NCBI GenBank assembly: GCA_965217865.1
Contig: CBDCJO010000002.1
Span: 1,472,001 to 1,536,000, forward strand
Source of the DNA: Candidatus Latescibacterota bacterium
Lineage (GTDB): Bacteria; Latescibacterota; UBA2968; SICM01
DNA length: 64,000 nt
Direction: 5' to 3'
The stretch's first letter is position 1; the number at the start of each line of letters is the position of its first letter. This document shows positions 50,215 through 57,957 of this stretch, piece by piece. Made by a program: the position numbers and the translations under genes. The notes below the pieces were generated by a model that was not told where the DNA came from, did no database searches, and was given only the letters and a program-made list of their open reading frames with translations.

Positions 50215-52082
50215 TCACAAAAAATGAAGCAACTCCCTGATGCTTGAGATGACCGCTTCCCCCAGGATCATCCCCAGGAAGAAAGGCCGGATGTAGCCGT
50301 AGAGCGACGGCCCTCCATATTTCAGCACGTTCAGCTTGACCAACCACCCCACGAAGATATTGATCCAAAACGCTGTATGGATCGTGCCCGCTGCGTAGCC
50401 GATCGGGTGGATGGGCCACCAGTAGAACCGCTTCCGCGCAAAGATCAGTACGGACATTGCGGCAGCGCCAACCCCGGACCAGAGGAGGCGGATGGGCTGC
50501 CCATCAGAAGAGTCGCTGATTGCGGAGCCGTAGTAGTTCAGATGGCGGTTCAGGAGCTCAGTCACGTATTGCTGCATCGAGAACCCATATGCTCCCAGAC
50601 TGTAAGCATGATGCAGCATCGTAACCGTCGTCGTCACCCCTCCCACCAGAAGTGTCAGAAGCAGCAAGTAGATAAGGAGCCGGGATCGCTGCCGTGTCCC
50701 GTGCGTCAATTTAAGGGTCGTTGACGCGCCGGCCATGACGTGCGTCCTCGCGGGAAAGGCCCAGGGTTGGGCCAGGAAAAAACCCGCCGTTGTGGATGGA
50801 CTAAGTATCCGGGTGCCGGCCGAGTGCAGGAATATCTGCATCGGACTCAAAGGGGCGGCCAACACGACCCCGGTCTCCGCCAGGGCGCGCGTGACACCCA
50901 CGAAGGTTACCAGCATCACGGCCACGAAGATCGGCAAGATCCACGAGGAGATCCCGGTCATCCAGAGCCAGCAGCAGATGAATACGACCCCACCGACGGA
51001 GCCGAAGACCGCCGTACGGTAGGAGAGCAGTTCGTCCCTGTCGTCCACCCCTGGAGCGTACCCGAAGGCCTTCCCGAACACATCTCTCAGGTGGTCCCGG
51101 GCCTCATACAACCCGACGCAGACCAGCACGGCCAGCGCGCCGATCACCTCCTGATGAAGATGGGTATATTGCCCGCCAGGGTAGTAAGGCGGACTTCCCA
51201 GGATGGCGCTGCCGGACACTATGATCAGGTAGATCTGGACGTAACTGATCAGGGTGAAAAGCAGAATGCTGGCCAGGATCTCGAGCGAGACCAGGTAGCT
51301 GATCCCCAGGACAAAGAAATTCGTGTAGATGGGCAGCCCGATCGAGTTGCGGTAAAATCGGGTATAAAAGCTGAGGTTGATTGCAGGGATAACGGGAAGC
51401 AGCCTTCTCAGGATGGCCGTGAAACCGACGAAGGCGGGTAGTGTGAAGCCGGACCAGAAAATCCCATTCCCAAGCAGGGGTCGCACCCCCGGCTCGCCGC
51501 CCGTCAGCGTCAGGGGAAGCTGCGCAAGGGGGAAAGAAAGTCGTTCATGGTCGATCCATGGCTTGCGCAGGATTACCATCAACGAGATCATGAGGAAGTA
51601 AAGCGCCCCCAGGAGGATGGCCCAGGCGGCCAGGGGCCAAACCCACGCCCCATACGGCACGCCCCCCCCCCGGCTATGCCTTCGAAGAAGCCTTTGGCCA
51701 CGGCGTGATCTTTGATGACCAGCCCATCGGGCAGAACAGGTAAAACCAGGCTGTCCCATTGATTTTCCCGGGTGGCGTAGTAGGAAAACCCGGCCATGTG
51801 GGGAATCAGGAAGAAAAGGGTGATAAGGACGGCCGAAGTCAGCGTCAGCATCGAGAAGATGATGAGCAACTCTCTCGGCTCCAGCCCTGAGCGAATGATC
51901 CCCACCCGTTTCAGGAGGCCGATACCCAGGATCAGGACAAAGAGGAGAAACAACGCTCCTGACCCGAATCCGTTTGATGTCAAACCCGAAAGGCCGCTTC
52001 CACCGACGGCCTGGGCCGAAGCCTCCAGAAAGGCCAGCAGGCCGCTCAGGGCGAGGCCGATGATGGCTGCCCGCCACGTCAA
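50215..52082 (-). pseudogene. DUF6785/DUF6784-like membrane protein, copy 2, frameshifted at a G10 tract (51662-51671)
   Basis: N-terminal part in ORF 51588-52082 and remainder in ORF 50215-52077; frames switch at the homopolymer. Confidence 0.78.
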
Positions 52083-52140
52083 GCCCTGTGCGATGGGGGA
52101 TTCCTCCGTTCTTTCAATGGGACCTTACCGACAGACCGCT

Positions 52141-54369
52141 CTACAGACCCGATTTGTAGCCCTCCTTGCCGATGTTCAATCCCTGTATGCGCTCCACACT
52201 TGCCTGGGCCGTCACCTCGCCCGGGGCGGGCGTCCGGTCCATCGGCGGCAGGGATCCCCCCACCGCGAGACGGCCCTTCTGTCTCGTCGGATGGATCTCC
52301 TCGAAGGTCTTGTCCCGCGGCCCGTCGTCCGCGGCCCGGGGGCTCTCGGAGTCGTTGAGACAATCCTCGTATCCGATAAGCACCTCGACCTTGCCCTCGG
52401 CCAGCGCGCGGATCTCTTTGTAGAACTCCCTGCTGTCATACCCCTCGCGCTCCTCACCCGAGAGGATATCGACGAGGCCGCGTTCGACCCAGTCGCGCAC
52501 ATCGAGGCCGTACCGCATGCAGATCGCCTCGCAGTAGTATGACTGAGCGATCAGCTTGATCTCGCTTCCCTGCACGGCCGACTCCTCGGCCAGCATCTCC
52601 TTCAACTCGACCATCAGCTCTGAGAGATAACCTGCGCGGAACTTCAGCCAGCGCGGATCATCGTCGGGCAGTTGACGGGGGTCCTCGCCAACCTCTTTCT
52701 CAAACGCCTCGCAGACGTGCGGCTCGTAGGCGAAGAAGATCGGCCCGCGCGAGAATCCCACGACGATTCCGTCGCATTGTCCGCCCTGCGACCGGCTGAT
52801 CTGTATGGCCTCCCGGAAGAGGCTCGTCATGTAGCGGCGCACCTCTGGGAAGGCGTAGCTCATCGTGTGCCACGGCGTGCCGTCCTTGTCGACTGCGAGG
52901 AATTCGGGATGGTCGCGGAAGAACGGCCCGCCGAAGATCTGAAATGGCTGGGCGTATCCCCAGGCACCCACGCGGAAGTATATCCAGAAGTCCATCTCCA
53001 TCCGCTTCACCTCGTCCGCCCAGACGGCCAGGCAGTTGACGCCGTTTCGAATCATCGCCGCGTTGGATTCGACCATGAGCCGATCCATGATGCGCAGTTC
53101 CACCTCATATCGGTCCATGACCTCGCCTAGGGCCGTCGGGTAGCGCGGTTTATCGCCGGCAGCGTTGATGTCGAGCACGATGGTATTGCAGGCCTCGTGG
53201 CGAAACCCATCGAGCACGGCGCGCACTTCGCCCTCGGTCCTCATCAAATGATGCCCCAGGTCATTGCCTGACACACGTCGAGGCGTCTTCTCGAGGACAG
53301 GCGCCTCGCTTTCTTCCGGCTCTTGGGCTGGAACGAGCCGGAACCATGCGATGCCGCACCGGACGTTGAAAGGCGCGAAATCGGGGCGGAACGAATGCAC
53401 GTGGGGGACCGTATCGAGTTCCATCCTCTGCCTCAGATGGATGTTCCGGCCGTCCAGTTTCGCGCGTTGCCACAGCCTTTCGCGAGTCATGCCGCGTTCG
53501 GCCCGCGGCCGTTCGGACTCACGAGCGGGCCTGGGCGAATGGAGCGCCAGGTGAGTGAAGCTCCTCTCATTGCTGAGCTTCAGATCGACGCCGGTGTAGA
53601 AGAAGCGGTCGTATGGCGAACCGGGATCGTAAAGCCCCACGTAGATGTCGTACCAGCCTTCGAGCGACGCGTCGCCCAGGGGCAGCACGATCTCGCCGCC
53701 GCGGCAGTTCTCGTCCACCTCGATGGCGACGCCCCGATCGACGCCGCAGTCGGGTGCCTCGTACTCGGCCAGTCGCCAGGTGTCCGAATGCGTGTTCACG
53801 CGCTCCGGGATCTCGATCGGGATCAGCTTGATCCCTGCGAGGGCACAGCGCAGCGTCAGGCCCTTCCACCACGTGAGCTGGGCCAGGTGCAGATCCTGAT
53901 CGGTCAGATCGGCGATCTTCCAGACGTGTTCGATGAAGATCTCGGCCTTTCCGTAGCCATCAATTTTTTTGAACTGCTCAGCGTGCCAGACGGACCAGTT
54001 CGGGTCGTCGGTCAGCATGGCGCGAATCCCCTCGCCGGGGGGGCGGTCGGAAGGTCCGAAGGGATCCCACATCGCATAGCGGATCTCGTACCAACCGTCG
54101 AGTCTCAGGTTCGCCAAGGGGATCTTTATGGGTTGGGCGTGGGTGTTCTCCGTGCCGTAAAGCGCGACGCCCTCAACTTCACCGGCCTGGTAATCCAGCA
54201 ACTGCCACACGCCGGGGTGCTGGGGCTGGGGGGAGACGAAGGCCGACGGTTCGCAGGTGCTGAAGTCGGTGATGGTGACGGTCTCCCTGGAAGCGTCCGC
54301 ACGGCCGGCCAGTGCGCACCCGCTCATATCCGAGATCAGCCGTTCGTTTCTACCGTTGTCGTCAGGCAA
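52141..54369 (-). CDS. GHL10-like TIM-barrel protein with duplicated N-terminal module, copy 3
   Basis: Colinear with copies 1 and 2; TTG start after AAAGGAG. Confidence 0.72.
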   Translation of the reverse strand: MPDDNGRNERLISDMSGCALAGRADASRETVTITDFSTCEPSAFVSPQPQHPGVWQLLDYQAGEVEGVALYGTENTHAQPIKIPLANLRLDGWYEIRYAMWDPFGPSDRPPGEGIRAMLTDDPNWSVWHAEQFKKIDGYGKAEIFIEHVWKIADLTDQDLHLAQLTWWKGLTLRCALAGIKLIPIEIPERVNTHSDTWRLAEYEAPDCGVDRGVAIEVDENCRGGEIVLPLGDASLEGWYDIYVGLYDPGSPYDRFFYTGVDLKLSNERSFTHLALHSPRPARESERPRAERGMTRERLWQRAKLDGRNIHLRQRMELDTVPHVHSFRPDFAPFNVRCGIAWFRLVPAQEPEESEAPVLEKTPRRVSGNDLGHHLMRTEGEVRAVLDGFRHEACNTIVLDINAAGDKPRYPTALGEVMDRYEVELRIMDRLMVESNAAMIRNGVNCLAVWADEVKRMEMDFWIYFRVGAWGYAQPFQIFGGPFFRDHPEFLAVDKDGTPWHTMSYAFPEVRRYMTSLFREAIQISRSQGGQCDGIVVGFSRGPIFFAYEPHVCEAFEKEVGEDPRQLPDDDPRWLKFRAGYLSELMVELKEMLAEESAVQGSEIKLIAQSYYCEAICMRYGLDVRDWVERGLVDILSGEEREGYDSREFYKEIRALAEGKVEVLIGYEDCLNDSESPRAADDGPRDKTFEEIHPTRQKGRLAVGGSLPPMDRTPAPGEVTAQASVERIQGLNIGKEGYKSGL

Positions 54370-54433
54370 AGCACTATCTCCTTTCAGGTCTTAATTCCAA
54401 CCCATTCCTGAACCGCGCTTTCCGGAATTCCTT

Positions 54434-56299
54434 TCAGAGGAAATGGAACAACTCATAGATGCTTGAGATGACCGCTTCCCCCAGGATCATCCCCAGGAAG
54501 AAAGGCCGTGTGTAACCGTATAGCGACGGCCCTCCGTATTTCAGCACGTTCCGCTTGACCAACCAGGCCACAAAGACATTGATCCAATACCATGTATGAA
54601 TCGTGCCGGCTGCGTAGCCGATCGGATGGATGGGCCACCAGTAGAACCGCTTCCGTGCAAGGATCAGCAGGGCCATTGCGGCAGCCCCAACGCCGGACCA
54701 GAGGAGGCGGATGGGCTGCCCCTCAGAAGGTTCGCTGATGACGGAGCCGTAGTAGTTCAGATGGTAGTTCAGGACCTTAATCACATAAACCTGTGTCGAG
54801 AACCCATATGCCCCCAGACTGTAGGCATAATGCAGCATCGTAGATGTCGTAGTCACCCCTCCCACCAGAAGTGTCAGAAGCAGCACGTAGATAAGGGGCC
54901 TGGATCGCTGCCGTCTCCCGTGCGTCAGTTTAAGGGACGTTGACGCACCTGCCATGACCTGTGACCTCGCGGGAAAGGCCCAAGGCTGGGCCAGGAAGAA
55001 ACCCGCTGTGGTGGATGCCCCAAGCGTCCGGGTGCCGGCCGAGTGCAGGAATATCTGCATCGGACTCAAAGGGGCGGCCAACACGACCCCGGTCTCCGCC
55101 AGGGCGCGCGTGACACCCACGAACGTCACCAGCATCACGGCCACGAAGATCGGTACGACCCACGAGGAGATCCCGGTCATCCAGAGCCAGCAGCAGATGA
55201 ATACGACCCCACCGACGGAGCCGAAGACCGCCGTACGGTAGGAGAGCAGCTCGTCGCTGTCGTCGACCCCTGGGGCGCAAGACCCGAAGGCCTTCCCGAA
55301 CACATCTCTCAGGTGGTCCCGGGCCTCATACAACCCGACGCAGACCAGCACGGCCAGCGCGCCGATCACCTCCTGATGAAGATGGGTATATTGCCCGCCA
55401 GGGTAGTAAGGCGGACTTCCCAGGATGGCGCTGCCGGACACTATGATCAGGTAGATCTGGATGTAACTGATCAGGGTGAAGAGCAGAATCCCCGCCAGGA
55501 TCTCGAGCGAGACCAGGTAGCTGATCCCGAGGACAAAAAAATTTGTGGAGAAGTGCAGCCCGATCGAGTTGCGGTAAAAACGGGTATAGAAGCTGAGGTT
55601 GATTGCAAGGATAACGGGAATTAGCCTGTTCAGGATGGCCGTGAAACCGACGAAAGCGGGTAGTGTGAAGCCGGACCAGAAAATCCCGTTCCCAAGCAGC
55701 GGTCGAACCCCCGGCTCGCCGCCCGTCAGCGTGAGGGGGAGCTGTGCGAAGGGGAAAGAAAGCCGTTCCTGATCGATCCATGGCTTGCGCAGGATTACCA
55801 TCAACGAGATCATGAGGAAGTAAAGCGCCCCCAGGAGGAGGGCCCAGGCGGCCAGGGGCCAAATCCAAGCCCCATAAGGCACGCCGGAGGCCCCGCCTTC
55901 GAAGAAGCCCTTGGCCACGGCGTGATCTTTGATGACCAGTCCATCGGGCAGAACAGGTAAAACCAGGCTTTCCCACTGATTTTCCCGGGTGGCATAGTAG
56001 GAAAACCCGGCCATGTGGGGAATCAGAAAGTAAAGGGTGACGAGGACGGCAGATGTCAGCGTCAGCATCGAGAAGATGATGAGCAACTCCCTTGGCTCCA
56101 ACCCTGAACGAATGATTCCGACCCGTTTCAGGAGGCCGATACCCAGGATCAGGACAAAAAGGAGAAACAGCACTCCTGCCCCGAATCCGTTTGACGTCGA
56201 ACCCGAAAGGCCGCTTCCACCGACGGCCTGGGCCGAGGCGTCCAAAAAGGCCAGCAGGCCGCTCAACGAAAGGCCGATGAGGGCCGCCCGCCACGTCAA
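54434..56299 (-). CDS. DUF6785/DUF6784-like polytopic membrane protein, copy 3
   Basis: Colinear with 42761-44737; start codon uncertain. Confidence 0.78.
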   Translation of the reverse strand: MTWRAALIGLSLSGLLAFLDASAQAVGGSGLSGSTSNGFGAGVLFLLFVLILGIGLLKRVGIIRSGLEPRELLIIFSMLTLTSAVLVTLYFLIPHMAGFSYYATRENQWESLVLPVLPDGLVIKDHAVAKGFFEGGASGVPYGAWIWPLAAWALLLGALYFLMISLMVILRKPWIDQERLSFPFAQLPLTLTGGEPGVRPLLGNGIFWSGFTLPAFVGFTAILNRLIPVILAINLSFYTRFYRNSIGLHFSTNFFVLGISYLVSLEILAGILLFTLISYIQIYLIIVSGSAILGSPPYYPGGQYTHLHQEVIGALAVLVCVGLYEARDHLRDVFGKAFGSCAPGVDDSDELLSYRTAVFGSVGGVVFICCWLWMTGISSWVVPIFVAVMLVTFVGVTRALAETGVVLAAPLSPMQIFLHSAGTRTLGASTTAGFFLAQPWAFPARSQVMAGASTSLKLTHGRRQRSRPLIYVLLLTLLVGGVTTTSTMLHYAYSLGAYGFSTQVYVIKVLNYHLNYYGSVISEPSEGQPIRLLWSGVGAAAMALLILARKRFYWWPIHPIGYAAGTIHTWYWINVFVAWLVKRNVLKYGGPSLYGYTRPFFLGMILGEAVISSIYELFHFL

Positions 56300-56393
56300 G
56301 CCATGTGCGATGGGGGATTCCTCCGTTCCGTCGATATATACTTACCGACTGAGATCGATAGAGCCCACCTTGCGACCCTTGTCTCTACCGCCG

Positions 56394-57179
56394 TCACTTC
56401 GCGGTGTAGCCTCCATCCACCGGAATATTGGCGCCGGTCACATACACCGACGCATCGGAGGCGAGGAAAACAATCACACCCTTCAGGTCTGTTTCGTTGG
56501 CCATGCGTCCCACAAACGTCCGCGCGTTGTAGCGTTCGATGAAGGTATTCACGAGGTACGGGCTGAAGCCTCCGGGACTGATCGTGTTCACACGGACCCC
56601 TTTTACCCCCAAGGCGCTGGCGGCAAAGCGGGAAAGCTGGATCATCCCGCCTTTGTGATAGAAGTAATCGGGCGGCGGGACGCCCATGTCCAGGCCCTCG
56701 TACAAAGTCAAGTCGGGCCCCACCATTCCCTGAATGGAGCCGATATTGATGATGCTGCCACCCCCTTGTTCCGCCATCTGGTCGCCGAAGATGTGTGTCA
56801 TGTGGAACACCCCAACGGCATTGACCTTCATGCTCTTCTCAAACTCGGTCGGGATCATGTCCCAGCCGCCGCCTTTGCCGAATCGCGCGACCGAGTTGTT
56901 CACCAGTACGTCCACTTGTCCGGCCGTGTCGATGACCTGTTTGGCCAGCGCTTCTATCGAGGCGCCTTCGCTTTGATCGTATTGAAGAGCGGTGACATCC
57001 AGACCGGCGTCACAGAATTCTCTTGCCTGAGCCTCCAGCGTCTGGAGATTGCGGCTGGCAATAATTGTTTTGGCGCCGGCCTCGGCCACCGCTTCGGTGA
57101 TTTGTTTGCCGTAGATTCCTGCCCCGCCGGTCACCACCGCGACCTTGCCGTCTAGACGAAAGCTGTCTATGACATTCAT
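56394..57179 (-). CDS. Short-chain dehydrogenase/reductase (sugar/gluconate dehydrogenase-like)
   Basis: TGGAGIYG, LVNN, IGS, YFYHK (YxxxK), VNTISPGG, VDGG. Confidence 0.92.
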   Translation of the reverse strand: MNVIDSFRLDGKVAVVTGGAGIYGKQITEAVAEAGAKTIIASRNLQTLEAQAREFCDAGLDVTALQYDQSEGASIEALAKQVIDTAGQVDVLVNNSVARFGKGGGWDMIPTEFEKSMKVNAVGVFHMTHIFGDQMAEQGGGSIINIGSIQGMVGPDLTLYEGLDMGVPPPDYFYHKGGMIQLSRFAASALGVKGVRVNTISPGGFSPYLVNTFIERYNARTFVGRMANETDLKGVIVFLASDASVYVTGANIPVDGGYTAK

Positions 57180-57268
57180 GGGGAATCTTCATGAAAATGT
57201 GGAAAATGGAAAGTGCAAAAGGAGACGATGGACCGTAGACGATGGACGGTGGTTAGAGTCGGAGGCCA

Positions 57269-57366
57269 GGGCCTTCTTTCAGCGCCAACGGCGCGTTGTC
57301 CCTTAACCCAGGGCAGCGCCCTGGGTTGCGAAATACATTAGCGTTGTGCGGCCTGAAGGGCCGCGA
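57269..57366. repeat. REP-like palindromic element (inverted copy of 1-50)
   Basis: GCGCCAACGGCGC, CCCAGGGCAGCGCCCTGGG and GCGGCCTGAAGGGCCGC hairpins. Confidence 0.7.
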
Positions 57367-57440
57367 TAATTTCACATCGCCATCCCCCAATCCCTGTCCC
57401 GCATCCTGATTCATCCACGGTATGTGTGGGATGGATCCGG

Positions 57441-57600
57441 ATCGCGGACCTATGGCCCGCTCGATTCGTCTACATTCGAACCCAGCCCGTTGGACTGGGC
57501 CAAGGAATCGCGGGCCGTTGGCCCGCTCGGTTCGCCGACATTCGAACCCAGCCCGTTGGACTGGGCCAAGGAATCACGGGCCGTTGGCCCGCTGATTCGT
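57441..57600. repeat. 66-bp tandem repeat (about 2.4 units) of hairpin-forming REP-like units
   Basis: CCCAGCCCGTTGGACTGGGCCAAGGAATC at 57481 and 57547; CGGGCCGTTGGCCCG palindrome. Confidence 0.8.
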
Positions 57601-57957
57601 CTCCTCACAGAACCTCGCTTTCCATCAAAAACCAGGAAGATCCCAAATTTAACGGCGGACCACAGACCATGGACGATGGTCAGGGTCAGGGCCAGGGGCC
57701 ATGGAAAAGCAGTAGCAGGTGGCAGTGGCATTAAAAAGCAATCCGGTATAGGCATCGCGCCTTCCGGATCGAGGTGGTTTCGACTGAGCGCAGCGAAGGC
57801 CACGATAGGCTAAGTAAAGAGATCCTTCGCGCACAAAGTCCGGGGGCAGTTCTGAACTTGGTTAGTATCGCGCTCAGGATGACATTTTTACTCAGGAAAC
57901 GTCTCGCCCAAAAGCAATGGTTCAGTACCTGAGAATACAGTTTGACATCCACTAGAA

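Noticed and set aside
43390-55430. Diversity-generating retroelement as the source of variable patches
   Set aside because: Substitutions involve all four bases rather than adenines only, and no reverse transcriptase is in the window
57441-57600. Possible CRISPR array
   Set aside because: Only about 2.4 units, the intervening sequences are near-identical rather than unique spacers, and no cas genes are present
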